A DNA stretch of 64,000 nt from Octopus vulgaris (GCA_951406725.2 OX597826.1:46996001-47060000), one strand, 5' to 3'; positions 13,446-26,998 are shown, counted from the first letter of the stretch. Notes: a model not told the origin generated them from the sequence alone. Made by a program: numbers and translations.

Positions 13446-15241
13446 AATGAGGTGTGGAGAGTGTCAAAGAATCAATACAAAAAGTAAATAAATAAAAAAA
13501 AGAACGCAAAATAGAAAATATAAAAAAAAAACGGAAAGAATTCGCTTGGATGTTTTTGTTTTCTTAAAGAAAGAAAATTCCTTGTTTAGAGATGTGTATA
13601 GAAAAGCCGGATCTATGCATGGTTCTATCCTTATAAAAAATGGCCTGTGTAATCGACTTAACCCATTTAGTAACTAGCAGCAGTGCTTACTGAGCCATTG
13701 CATGGAATCAAAGACAAAATTTAACCCTGATAATCAGGTTTGGATATATAACTATTGACAGTAGACTTCCAAATATATCAATATGTGCTCTATCGAAAAA
13801 CTAATTTTCCATCTACAGTGTGCATTTTGTCCATGAGTAAACGGTAAGACAGCTGCCGACATAAAGGCCAACAGAACTTTGCTTGATTTATAATATGTCA
13901 TTTTCCAACATATGAAATGAAAGCAGTTCCCGCAGATGTTCGGACGATGCAGCTCCGTCTGCAGTCTACAGATGTTTAGATGGTGCGACTCGATGCGTGT
14001 AAAAGTCTGTATAGAAACAACAAACAATGTTTGGGAGTCGGTGATTTATTGATTTCGCCAACGGAAGTTAGTGTTAACACTAAATATATCATGTAACTCG
14101 TATTGATCATTTGTCCAGTTGGTTTGCGTTCATTGTTTCTTTCCTTCTCATCTCTCTGATGCTATTGACTTGTTTTTGCACTAGAATTACTCTTCCGACA
14201 GACATAACGATCTTTTACACAATATGCAATAATTTCTTTTTGCTACTTTCATTCTTTTTACACTTCATGTTGCCATTACGTAAAGTCTCTGCTAGTGACG
14301 TTGTGACTACTGCTACGTCTGTCGGCGACGTTATTTCTTTTGTAATCGGTAGGAGGCGCTAGTTACGTAAATTCTATCATTATTTTTCAATGGCTTCGAC
14401 TACAATGATACTTTGTTGTAGTTTTTTCCTTTATCGATGCTTTGAATTTCTTTTAAGTTTCTTTGCCCCATTATCTCTCTCGTACGTTCCATCCCAACTA
14501 TGTGTGCCTTAACTGCATGCTTATAGAAACGCAAAATTCATGTTAACTTATACATGAATCCATTTGCATGCACACACACACACACTAACGCACCCAGCCA
14601 TATAAACTGTTTCGTTCTCAAACAAACAGATGCATGCAAACACCACACACGCACACATCCTCACACACACACATCCTCACACACATATCCTCACACATAC
14701 ATACACATACACTCATACACGCGTGTGTAAAGTAATTTCGTTAGTTTTACACACTAAGAAAGTGATCATAAATCACGATACACATGCTCACGTAGTCACA
14801 TGTACAATCATATGAAATCTCATGCACACGCAATAATATCTCTCTCTCCCTCGTACACGTATGCAGACACACGCACACACAAACACGCATACACACAAGT
14901 GCTTACACATGCACACATGTGACTAACTGAGCAAGTCTAATAACATCAAATTGAATGTATATTGTACACATAAACAGACGGCCTAATAAAATCGAATACA
15001 CATGGACACACATGCACACATACATATACACTCGCTCATGCACATTTGCATACACGGATGCACATGATTAACTGAGTAAGTCTGGCACACTAACAAACTG
15101 AATACATATTCAGATAATCAATCATACACATACATACATACATACATACATACATACATACATACATACATACATACGTACGTACGTACGTACGTACATA
15201 CATACATTCATACAAACATACATACATACATACATACATAC

Positions 15242-15290
15242 CAGTGGCGACACCGGCACTCGGGCTGTTCGGGCTTAGCCCGAGTATAAA
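15242..15290 (+). mobile_element. Possible hAT-like terminus with subterminal palindrome
   Basis: Abrupt CAGTGGCG start directly after (CATA)n, followed by CTCGGGCT..AGCCCGAG inverted motifs. No partner end was found. Confidence 0.35.
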
Positions 15291-15939
15291 TTTAGTAAAT
15301 TGAACGTGTATTTGCAAGCTGATTTGATTTCTACTAACACTGACTACAAACATGTAATTGCAGCCAATTTTTAAAAATCCAAAATTTGTGGCACTGTGTG
15401 CGTTTATAGTAGGGAGTGTCGCACGTACGCGTGCGTATAGACAGACACTCACTACCATAAACGCACATGTCAGGAAAAAATGGTGACGACCAGAACTCTT
15501 TGGAGTATAAGAACTGGTCAGTTATAATTGACTTGAAACAAAACAAACACAACAACAATAAACATAACAATATTCTTATAATAGATGACATAAATTAAAA
15601 TAAAGATTATCATAAATTACCACAAATTGTAATGGATAATTTTCTATTCCCGCCAAGCAAGTTAGTGCTTTAATTCTATTGTCCGGGATTCTAATTCCGT
15701 TGGCGACAAAGAATTTTAATAACTCCAGATTCGTTATAAACAGGCTTTCATTAAATAAAAGAGACAAAAGCAGCAAAATATTTCCCTTGTATTTATGCAA
15801 AAACACTTTACGAGGAAGAGAAATTTAACACTCAAGAAATATAGAAACGGATACTTTGGTTTCCTTCTTTTATAATAAATATTACGATTCATTTATATGT
15901 TGATGTTGATATTGTTGTTGGTGATGGTGGTGATGATGA

Positions 15940-16160
15940 TGTTAGTAATTTAACCATTTGAGCACAAGTATGATCAAGCAAAACTATGATCAAAAGCCTT
16001 CCACCTGCAGCTATCGTGATCCATGCAAAGTGTATACAAGAGAGCATTATTCAACGCATCCTCCCTTCATTCTTAAAACTTTAGGGTGAGTATTGAGAGG
16101 GATTCTGTCACTATTTCTAGCACGTCAAACCACAATGTAGACTCTCCCTCGTTGGCTCAC
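15940..16160 (-). mobile_element. Old family D repeat
   Basis: CTATGATCAAAAGCCTTCCA..AGGGTGAGTATTGAGAGGGATT..CTATTTCTAGCA..TGTAGACTCTCCCTCGTTGGCT. Confidence 0.6.
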
Positions 16161-16312
16161 ATTTCACTTATATTATGTTATCGTGCTGGTGGACATATAT
16201 CGATAGTATGTGATTGGCGATTTTCAGAATGTAACGGTGGTGCTGAAGGGTGACTGCAGCCGCATGGCTGAACCGCATAAGACAAATAAGATATTTAATA
16301 CGCCACACCAAT

Positions 16313-16545
16313 AAGGCGGCGAGCTGGCAGAAACGTTAGCACGCCGGGCGAAATCCGTAGCCGTATTTCGACTGCCGCTACGTTCTGAGTTCAAATTCCG
16401 CAGAGGTCGACTTTGCCTTTTATCCTTTCGGGGTCGATAAATTAAGTACCAGTTACGCACTTGGGTCGATCTAATCGACTTAATCCGTTTGTCTGTCCTT
16501 GTTTGTCTCCTCTGTGTTTAGCCCCTTGTGGGTAGTAAATAAATA
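16313..16545 (+). mobile_element. Full-length family A SINE (A1) with 17-bp TSD
   Basis: TSD TAATACGCCACACCAAT at 16296-16312 and 16546-16562. Confidence 0.95.
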
Positions 16546-17452
16546 TAATACGCCACACCAATGTCTCTTGTAAAGAAAAAAGAGCAGCAAAACTTAAGAG
16601 ACGACATCAAGAACAATAAAAACAATAACAATGATTTTGTTATTACGTTAAGAATTCGTTTATTCCTTTATTGAATTTCCAGTCTGATCTTTCTGCGTAT
16701 AGAACAATGTATGTCAACTTAAAGAGCAGATAATATCATCCTTTATGATAAAGCTAAATATAAAACGAGAAAATTGAAGAACTAGTAACTGGAAATCGCC
16801 AACATGGCAGTTAGAGAGAGAGTGTGTATATGTGTGTGTGAGAGAGAGAGGGAGAGATAAGGAGCGAGAAAGAACGTAGTGGCGGAAGCAGGACTTTAAA
16901 TTGCTCCACTTCTAACCGGATTCTGACGTTTCTTTATTTGCAAAAGAAGTGTGCGGCAGACTAACTGCAAAACGAAGTGTAAAGTAATGGTCAAACGTTG
17001 TAAAGAACGGAGTAGCTAAATGCATTATTTGATACTAGTGGTAGTTCGAGAAGCCTGAATGGCAGTCAGAGGAGGAGCTTCTGTGGTTGTCGGAGGAGGG
17101 CATGAGTGGTAGTCGGAGGAGAAGAATGAGTGGTAATTTCCGTATTGAGCGAGATTTGCTGAAAGAATTAATCAGTTGTACATTTGAAGCGAAGACTTAA
17201 AACTTGAATTGATTTTTCCGGATTTAGAAGTGAGGGAAATAATATAATTTCATGTAACAATACGCTCAATTTGTCTGAAACAATTTACAGCCTGGACCAG
17301 TGTTCCGTGGTTTTATTGAAACTGGGCACTTTTACTCTAACAACAGCGCTTGGTCAATAGACAGCCCAGAGACTGACGATTATAAAAAGAGCGATGTGTA
17401 TATGTACAGATATACGTACAGGCATATCTATATACGCGCGTATACATTTATA

Positions 17453-17492
<40 letters not shown>

Positions 17493-17562
17493 CGTGTATG
17501 ATATATATATATGAATATATGTTTGGCGGGAGAGAGAAAACGAAGAAAATGGAAGATAGATG

Positions 17563-17588
17563 GAATAATAATGAAGATAATAATAATG

Positions 17589-17674
<86 letters not shown>

Positions 17675-17735
17675 AATGGTGATGATGATGATGACGACGA
17701 CGACGAAGGTGATGATGATGATGATGATGACGATG

Positions 17736-17790
<55 letters not shown>

Positions 17791-17860
17791 TAATAATAAT
17801 AATAATGATAGTAATAATAATAATTGCACTGCTATCTCAATAATAATAGTAATAATGAAG
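17563..17860. repeat. Compound (AAT)n-(GAT/GAC)n-(AAT)n trinucleotide array
   Basis: Direct reading; source of the poly-N/D ORF 17300-17866. Confidence 0.95.
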
Positions 17861-17901
17861 GGATAAACAAAGAACATGTAAATAAGAATAAGACAGAGTT
17901 A

Positions 17902-17947
<46 letters not shown>

Positions 17948-18619
17948 GGGAGAGAGAGAGAAAGAGAAAAGAAAGAGAGAGTAGAAGGATGGAGAGGGGA
18001 AGGACTAGATGAAATGTTATATATAGAATCAATGCTCAACTGAGTGTATACTGATTGGGATTAGTTAGTTAAAAGACAGGTATTTTAGGATGTTTTGTCG
18101 TGTGAGAAGGATAGATGTCAATCAGTTATAATTAAATTATTAAACAAAAATGGCCGAATGCTGGTTGTAGCGAAGTTAAAATGGTTTTAATAGAAAATTT
18201 ATTACTGTTAAACAAAAACATAACAATCATAATCCGAGAGGAGAGAGATAGTGAGGGAAATAAAGAGAGAATAAATTTCTAAAACTGGAAATTTTAAATA
18301 TGTTTAGCATTTAAATTGAATAGTTTTATAAATTGTGTTAAAATGGCGAGCCAATTGAGATCGCCATTACACGGAAGAAGTATAACGTTTTGTTGTTAAA
18401 ATCGGTTCTGACCGGCTAGAATTATTATAGCTTCATTCTTTGCAATCTGTGCTGTTCTGGATTCTTCTCTTTTGATGTGGGAATTTCTGGTTTTAATACA
18501 AAAGCGATTTCAGTACATTACTGGATGATTTGCTGGCGTATAGATTCGCGATTAACGAAAATAGACGCCAAATTGACAGATCTTTTAGAGCGTTGGATAC
18601 AATGCGTTTTATTATTTAT

Positions 18620-18925
18620 TACAACTCTCTTTGTTTAAAGTTCAAATCCCACTGAGGCCAATCTTTCTTTTCATTTCTTCGCACTTGATGAAAAGTACCT
18701 TAAAACGCACAATCCCATATTTAAAAAGCAGGCTCAAAAGTTCGGCCCTTGAATATACGCTACTGAAATTGGGGTATGTCTACTATGTCCATGCACCTTT
18801 TATGCTATAAAATGCAGTAATAATCCAGGGATTGGCTTGGCGGAGGTGTAAGGAAACCGGACCGGATGACTTGCAGCATTTGCCCCGGTTCTTTACATTC
18901 AGAGTTCAAGACCCACCAGTATCTT
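18620..18925 (+). mobile_element. Two highly degenerate family A SINE fragments
   Basis: AAGTTCAAATCCCACTGAGGCCAATCTTTCTTTTCATT and CTTTACATTCAGAGTTCAAGACCCACC. Confidence 0.55.
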
Positions 18926-19199
18926 GTTAATCTGGCTGGCTGTTAATTTAACACCACCACCTGGTACCTTGGATACTTTAAAAGTACACTTGGGGACACT
19001 TTGAAATTAAACGGGACCGGTCTTTGGTTTGAAGATAAGTTCCACATTTCCTTCTAAGTCTTGAGGCTATGCGGAAGGTTATAGGTGTCATATTCCGTCC
19101 GAATTAAAAATCGTTAAAAAGATGTAAACCACTTGTTTTAATTTTCGATCAGTTGAGAACAATTAAATCATTACTGATCCGAAGATATAAGGACAGTTT

Positions 19200-19271
19200 C
19201 AGGTATCGCTGTGTGGTTAAGAAGCTCCTTTTGCAGCCCCTTGGCTTCGAGTTTAGTCCCACTTCACAGCA

Positions 19272-19320
<49 letters not shown>

Positions 19321-19460
19321 GGTTCATGTTATTTAGTTTGTGCTTGTCCGCCACCACTGCTTGATATTTGGTGTTGGTTTGTTTGTATAACGTAGCTTAG
19401 CGATACGGCAAAAGAGATTGTTGGAATTAGTACAAATCTTTAAAAAGTACGTACTAAGGT
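19200..19460 (+). mobile_element. Degenerate family B SINE
   Basis: GCTGTGTGGTTAAGAAGCT..TTTAGTCCCACT, then (GT)n, then CTTAGCGATACGGCAAAAGAGA. Confidence 0.75.
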
Positions 19461-19464
19461 CTAT

Positions 19465-19865
19465 ATAGAGAGATTTTTAAAAAGCTGATATACGCAGAAT
19501 CTTTTTAATTATTAAATATCTCAAAAAAATTATTGAAAAAAAACCCCCAGAATGTCATAAACTTTTGGAGAAGAATTCTTCGTATAACGTGCATTTCGTT
19601 TGTAAGCGCTTCGTTGTTCAACTTCTTAAACATACGTGCTGTAGGTTAATCCGCGAATAACTTCCTCTATACGGATTCACCCAGAATACGTGTGTCTGAA
19701 AAGTTGAACAAAGAAAGCACATAAACACAAAATATATATTCTGCGAAAACTTCTTCACCGAAGATTTGCGACAATCTGGCTTTTCAAAATTTTTTTTTTA
19801 ATACTTAATAACTTTAAAATGATCTTCCTTTATATTTTGTGATTAGCTAGTATTTTTTTGCAAAA
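19465..19865. mobile_element. Old foldback (palindromic) MITE-like element
   Basis: The left arm CCAGAATGTCATAAACTTTTGGAGAAGAATT..TTGTTCAACTT..AATCCG is the diverged reverse complement of the right arm CGGATT..AAGTTGAACAA..ACTTCTTCACCGAAGATTTGCGACAATCTGG. Centre at ~19660. Confidence 0.75.
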
Positions 19866-19870
19866 TAACT

Positions 19871-20102
<232 letters not shown>

Positions 20103-20383
20103 TTGAAAATCTATGAGGATTATTTAATATAGTTTTTGAAGTGTAAAGGCGATCTATTTAGAAACTATTTTTTAAAAAAAGTTATGAAATCTTTTATGAG
20201 GATGTTACTAATCCTTTTTGAGAAGAAGTTTTTTTTTCTAGTGTGTGAGCGGTTTCGTTGAAAGTGTAGCTTAACAGTGATTAATGCTTTTCTTTTGGCA
20301 TCCACGGAAACACACAGAGTACAAAGCGACTGACTTGACCAGAATAAAATATATTTATGTATTTCTCTTTTACCTCCCCCCCC

Positions 20384-20423
<40 letters not shown>

Positions 20424-20735
20424 TAATCAGCCGAAATTGCGAGGATGATCCGGTTCTTGACTGAAGATTAGAGGCTTCGAATGACCCTTCCGTTTTTTTT
20501 GTGTCGTCTATTTGAATGTTTTGCGTTCTTGTCCCATTTTGTATTTTTATATATATTTTTTATACACATATATATATAAATTCAAATTACGATGAATGTA
20601 AATAAACAAACGAAGTTTACTTTAGAAGCGTTGAGATGTCTTAAGAAGTTAATGATGTGATTTTAAATTCTCAAACGCAGGATAATGCAGGATAATAATA
20701 TAGCCTGAACAGGATAAGCTACCGCTGTTTTGCAG

Positions 20736-20826
20736 AAAAAAGTGTTGGCGGCCGGCTATGAGACTCGAACGCACTCCTCTCTGATGACGCGTCACGGTGC
20801 ACTGTACCAAATATGCTAAACCGCCC
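20736..20826 (-). pseudogene. tRNA-like Pol III unit (pseudogene or short SINE head) followed by T6
   Basis: Minus strand GGGCGGTT-TAGCATATTTGG (A box)..GTTCGAGTC (B box)..AGCCGGCCG-CCA-ACAC-TTTTTT. The anticodon arm is irregular. Confidence 0.55.
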
Positions 20827-21049
20827 ACACCACAAATTCTTACGCAAATTTAAGATATATAGAAATCTCGATTTATAACACGCTATCACACATGCACACA
20901 CATGTACTATTGTCTATATTCTTTATATACACACACAAACACATAAAAACGAGCTCACTTATATGTAGATGTGATCATGCACTCGACAGTTGTCGAAGTT
21001 ATTTACGCTTTTTACATGCATTAAATAATAAAAGCTCAGTGATGTATTT

Positions 21050-21250
21050 CAGCTATTGCTGTCGTTTAACCCATGGTCAGCATCTCCCAGTGAAACAAGG
21101 AAGAAAAGCGTGGCCGCTGTGTGTATACCATTATTTGCCTACAGACACACTGTGAGAAACATTGCTTAATATATCTTGTTTTTAAGACAATAGACTATAA
21201 CTAGAGGAGGATTAGATTTTTATTTCTGACAAATTTAGTGACATCGTTAC
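21050..21250 (-). mobile_element. Very old family D-like repeat
   Basis: GTCGTTTAACCCATGGTCAG..TTTTAAGACAATAG..GAGGATTAG..TATTTCTG is weakly similar to the other D copies. Confidence 0.4.
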
Positions 21251-21409
21251 TCGTGATTGTGTGAAGGGTAGGAATTAAGCCATCTTTGAGATTTGTGACC
21301 GTGTGATATGTTGACTTTTATTTTTTTTAATATGCTCCACAGGAAAGCAATTGGATAAAATTATGTATAGATTTAGATGCAGGGTGCAGCAGAAAAGCCT
21401 TTCATACAA

Positions 21410-21862
21410 CACTGTGTAACAAAATTTTTAATTATTTTCATCTTTGGCCAGTAAGTGTTATTTCCTATTTACTTTTAGAAGTCAAAGGAAATGACTTCTA
21501 TTCCCTTCAAACTTTGCTTTTGTGACTAGGACATCAATGTTTTGAAACTGGCCTATTTTCCATTACATTTCAGACACATTCAGCGCTGAGTTGCCGAAGC
21601 AGAAATACCGTTATAGCAAATATTCTGCTCAATACCATAGATTTCCTTGACCATAACCACTTGAGCATGCTCTTCTAGTGGCTGACAGTATGTGGATCTC
21701 TGATCATGAGCAGGAGTAGTGGGGGAGCATCATAGCCATGTATTGAGAGGGATTCTTTGGAGTTTGAAGAAATTCAAAAGTTTGAAGGAAATATTAGCCA
21801 TTTTTCATACTTTCTAGGAAATAATAGTTGCTACCCAAGGACAAAAATCGTGTTAAACAGTG
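21410..21862. mobile_element. Non-autonomous Tc1/mariner-type element with ~20-bp TIRs
   Basis: Left end CACTGTGTAACAAAATTTTT; right end AAAAATCGTGTTAAACAGTG followed by TA. Confidence 0.7.
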
Positions 21863-22248
21863 TAATTTACAGAGCTATTAATTAGGTAGTGGAGAAATTA
21901 CACAGACTATGATAGTATCGTCATATAGTTCTCTTTTCTTTTTCTTATTTACCAAAACCGTTGAAACCGGTGTACATCTTGTATTTGCTTCTGACACGTA
22001 TATCAAAAATAGTGAATCTGGGTGGTGTTTTTTTGTGGCAACCTGTAAATAATAATAAAAAAAACATTCGCCTACTTTATTTTCATTCGCTTTCACTTCT
22101 CCAATTGGCTAATGTGAGAACAAGGAAAAAGAAAAAAAGAAATGGCAAATTCTTCAAATAATCTTTTTATTCCTATTTTTACTTGAATGTCTCTTAATTT
22201 ATGGAAAAATGATATAGACAGTAATATAATGCCTTTTAAAATACAGAC

Positions 22249-22304
<56 letters not shown>

Positions 22305-22745
22305 CATAAACACCAAAGAAAAAAAATAATAAATAACCAACAAAACACAACAAATGTGTTCTTTCTAATATTTATTTTATATAGAACGATGCAGAATAAA
22401 AGGCAAAAATCGAAAAAAAAAAAAAATGAAACTAGTGAAAACGAGAGACATTCAAGATAACATATATCGCAAACCATTCTAAATACTTTCGAATGTATTA
22501 CCCTATCGGTGATGAGATGTTGTCTTATATTCTTTTAGAAAAATTGTCTATGGACGGTAAAATGGATTACATATTGATGCTAGTTAAAAGTTTGCGATCT
22601 CACGTTGCCAATAATTCAACAATTACAGAGATAAAGAAAGAAGAAGAAAAAAAAAAGCTCAGAAAGAAATATATACAAGCGAAGCTATACCTCTAAATCA
22701 TATAGATATAAAGAGAAAGAAATAGATAGATAGGTAGAGAATGAT

Positions 22746-22804
<59 letters not shown>

Positions 22805-22996
22805 GTGTGAGAGCCAGGGAAAAGCTTCCGACGTCAAATATCTTTGCACACCAGAGATTGCGTCTGAATAACTTACAGTGATTCAAATATGAGAAGATTA
22901 TTTGGCAATGAGGCAAACCGCTATGAAGCACAATCGGTAAATCTTAAACATTTGTATGGATATTACTCACATACGTACATAAAAATGCTACGTATA

Positions 22997-23057
<61 letters not shown>

Positions 23058-23124
23058 GTATATATGTATATATATATATATATGTATATGTATATATATA
23101 TGAATGTATATATATATATATTCC

Positions 23125-23528
23125 TTTATTCTTTTACTTGTTTCAGTCATTTGACGGCGTCCATGCTGGAGCACCACCTTAAAGGGTGTTAGTCGAAGAA
23201 ACTAACCCCAGGACTTATTCTTTGTAGGCCTAGGACTTATTCTGTCGGTCTCTTATTGCCGAACCGCTAAGTTACGGGTACATAAACACACCAGTGATGG
23301 TTGGGGACAAACACAGACAGACATAAAGATACACATACACACACACACACTCACATTCATATATATACGACAAACTTCTTCCAGTTTTCGTGTATGAAAC
23401 TCACTCACAAGGCCGTAGTCGGCCCGAGGCTATAGTAGAAGACGCTTGCCCGAAGTGCCACGCAGTGAGACTGAACCCGGAAACATGTGGTCAGGAAGCA
23501 AGCTTCTTACCACACAGTCACGCCTGCC
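23125..23528 (-). mobile_element. Full-length family B SINE
   Basis: Reverse complement of the B consensus, from the tail TCTTTTACTTGTTTCAGTCATTTGAC to the head CTTCTTACCACACAGTCACGCC. Confidence 0.93.
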
Positions 23529-23614
23529 TATATATTTCTATAAATAAAACTGAATTTGTGGTTGTGCGTGTGTGCGTGTATGTGTATGTGTGTGTTTGTG
23601 TGGTGGGTATCTAC

Positions 23615-24360
23615 CTTAGGGATTCGTAAATTGAGTTGCCGATTTTGATGTATGAGGGATCAAAAGATTCAGTAATCTTTCGGCCACCAAATGAAGTATG
23701 TTTTTGCACTACTCCTTTTTACTACAAAAATAATCTCGAAAATGAGATCAGGTCGCACAATTTTGAAGTCATTTTCGGGCAATATTTGGATTTGCTTCTA
23801 ATCTACGTTGTAAATTTTAATGCTTTTGGTGCCAAAAATGCAGCAATGTACTATAAGTGTTATGAGTCCATTTATAATGGACAAAACCCTAGTTGTCAAC
23901 GGAAAATGACAACAGTTTTTTGAAACAATTATTAGCACATTTTTGTCAAAAATGGTCTCTGTGCTACAACTAAACTGCCAATGTGAACGTGTTCTGTATT
24001 CCATGATTAAACAAAGACTTCGAAGTATTGTGATATCATTTCTTTGCACAAAGTCATATTTTTCAACAGAAAATTGACTAATGAACCGTGTTCTTTCATA
24101 ATTCTGATCGCTTTGACATTAGTACCGAAAACAATTTGTCCATGCAGATTTTCTTGGTAACAAACGACTCGGGAATGCCAAAGGAGCGTTCTCAGATTTT
24201 AATTCAATAAGATTTCCCCAAGGATTAAGCACAGTAAGAGCATATATACGTTCAAGTGTGGTAAAGACATGAAGCAATGACTAAAACGTTTCGAGCTTTT
24301 TGCCTTTAGCATTTCTCTCTTCATTCGACCCAATTTACGCAAAATTGCTTATCGTTGTTA
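23615..24360 (+). mobile_element. Possible highly decayed mariner relic
   Basis: TIR-like TTAGGGATTCGTAAATTGAGTTGCCGATTTT followed by a peptide weakly like a mariner N-terminal HTH (GAKNAA..IYNG..SCQR). No catalytic motif is readable. Confidence 0.3.
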
Positions 24361-24792
24361 GTATATATTCATGCCTATTATTCATTCCATAAGCCGCAAA
24401 GTTCGTAACGATTTTGCTACAATCTCCTTATTTTTCACCGTGGTTGAGCATGTACTATAATGCGGGTGGTGCGATGGAAAACAAAAGTCTGACCAGATAA
24501 CCTCAGAGAAGAAAACAACACCACGCATCAATGCAAGGGTAAATTAAGATCAGATACACATATGAGTCCGCCCACAGTGCATGTCACTTTTTGGTCGGGA
24601 TGCACACCGTGTTCACTGATTGGTACAATTGCAATTCAATTTTTCCGTAGCAGAGGCATGTACTGCAAAACCAGTGGTGTTGCTGGATCGTGGTGTTGCT
24701 GTTATCAACGACCCTGGCATCGTGTGTGGTGGTGTGTACGTTCCGCTTGTACGCGAAAATCGAGTGTGTGTGTGTGTGTGTGTTTGTATATA

Positions 24793-25003
24793 ATCTTTTA
24801 CTCTAGGCACATGGCTCGGAATTTTGGGGGAGATCAATTTTTTCGATTAGATCAACCTCAGTACGCAACTGGTACTTAATTCATCAACCCCGAAAGGATG
24901 AATTGCAAAGTGGACCTCGGAGGAATATGAACTCAGAACGTAAAGACAAACGAAATACCGCTAAGCATTTCGCCCGGTGTGGTAACGTTTCTACCAGCTC
25001 GCC
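24793..25003 (-). mobile_element. Family A SINE, A2 tail
   Basis: A head and body plus the tail TCTTTTACTCTAGGCACATGGCTCGGAATTTTGGGGG. Confidence 0.9.
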
Positions 25004-25038
25004 TTATGTATACATACATACATACATACATACATACA

Positions 25039-25074
<36 letters not shown>

Positions 25075-25170
25075 CAATACAATGTGGCTGTGGGTCATAA
25101 GACGCGGGCATAAATACATACAAATATACATACATACATACATACATACATACATACATACATACATACA

Positions 25171-25204
<34 letters not shown>

Positions 25205-25615
25205 CACACCACTGTCTTCGCTAATAGAGAGTGTAGGCAATATAAGAATTTCATCCCGTCGTCTTCTATATTAATTATATAAACAATAGCATACTTTGAT
25301 ATTATGTAGATTGCGTTCAATTTTGACAGGCCCACCGTTACATGTAATTTTAGATTGTTAGTCTTAGACTAACAAATGAAGGTTGTGATGTCTCTCTGGT
25401 GTACTTGTTAGCACAGCTATAGCGTTTACAGCAGGTAAAGCGCTTGGTTTCTGCAGCCGATGGTAGAAATTGTATATCTTCTAATTCATGCATGAGTATG
25501 TATGCATATAGATGTGAACATCCGTAAATAAGTAAGTATAGATCAACATTACACACTTGTAAGTATCTATATAGATATATATATGTATTTATGTACACAT
25601 CTATGTATGTATGTA

Positions 25616-25668
<53 letters not shown>

Positions 25669-26759
25669 TTGCATGTGTGTGTGTGGTTATGTGTGTTAAT
25701 GTTAGTGTTACTAAAGTACGAATCTATAAAAAGCAACAAACATCTACCGATAGATACAAATTTGTTATACATAGCAAATTAATTGGTAATTCGAGTTTCA
25801 CCTCTTTTGGCTTATTCAACAAGTGATCGGAATATAACATTCGTTGATATTTATACAAGTACAACTTACAAATGGAGTGAATATGTGTAGGATGTGCAGG
25901 CCTAGTTATGTACAACAAAAACAACCAAGTATTGCACCATTAAAAGGGGTCCTCTGTCAGTATCACAACGCTTTTAAGTATTTCAAATGCACATGCGCAC
26001 ATCTGAGATCATTTTTCTTATTCATTGTCAGAGTTAAGGGTTTATCGAAAATAAAGCTTCAACTTTTGGCTGCTTCTTGGTGTTTCTGCATCAAAATTCT
26101 TCTGATTTCCTACTTTTTCACTAGTGTCTTCGTTGTTTTTGTTGTTGTTTAATCCTTGACCCTGTCAGATTATAGTTTATAAAAAACCACCCAGAGTTGT
26201 TAATTTCATAATTTCATATATCAGAAAATACGGCACATTGTCTAATATACACGGAAATTTTCAAACCGGCACTGTTTGTAAGAATGATGTTATGCAAGAA
26301 TTCAAACTACTGTTCCGACTATCAATTACTAAAGGAGTATGTGATGACACAGAGGAGGTGCAGGTACAACTGTGCACAATTGAATAGCAATGACATAAAT
26401 GAATTGCTTGCGACGAAAACTAAGTCGGAAAGTACTTATATATAGAGGAAATTTGAATGACCTAAATCTTTTAATGAAAATATGATACCTATTTTTCCAA
26501 TAGGTTCTGTAGGTTACGTCGGGTAGGATTGGATAAACCTGTGGTTCCAGCGGATGGGTGGTAAGTATCAAATAGAATATTCCGGTTGTGTACACAGAGA
26601 AAACCGACCCTATAAGTATTTAGCGCTTAGAGGCTGGTCCAAATCAAGCGTTACGTTGAATTGTACGTTGTTTGTATACTCTAGGGTGTCTGACAAGTAG
26701 TAAATGCTCTTGGTGTATTACAATCAAATGGATAATAACAGACGATGCATAATTGTCAG

Positions 26760-26850
26760 TTCATTACAGCTGTTTCTTGCGAATTTTCTAATAGAAGAAT
26801 GAGAAGATTATTTCATTACAAAGAAAAAACCAACATAATCTTCAGATGAA
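26760..26850 (-). ncRNA. Type I hammerhead-ribozyme-like motif, intact core
   Basis: UUCAU-CUGAAGA-(62 nt)-GAAA-CAGCUG-UA-AUGAA: perfect 5-bp stem I, palindromic loopless stem III, GUA cleavage triplet. The base of stem II is imperfect. Confidence 0.65.
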
Positions 26851-26998
26851 TCTTAATTTTACAAACAAAAGAAAACCTCAAGAATACAGCAGGGACGTGG
26901 TTGAAGTTTTGTTGAGGCTAACTATGAAAACAGAGAAAAAAGAAAGCCACGTTCCTGCTAAATTCTTAGGATATTTTTTTTTGTTTGTAAAATTACGT

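Noticed and set aside
16638-17259. TGTTA...TAACA bounded segment as a solo LTR
   Set aside because: No matching TSD, PBS or polypurine tract.
26004-26020. TGAGATCATTTT resembles the bantam 5' end
   Set aside because: The match stops after 12 nt and there is no hairpin.
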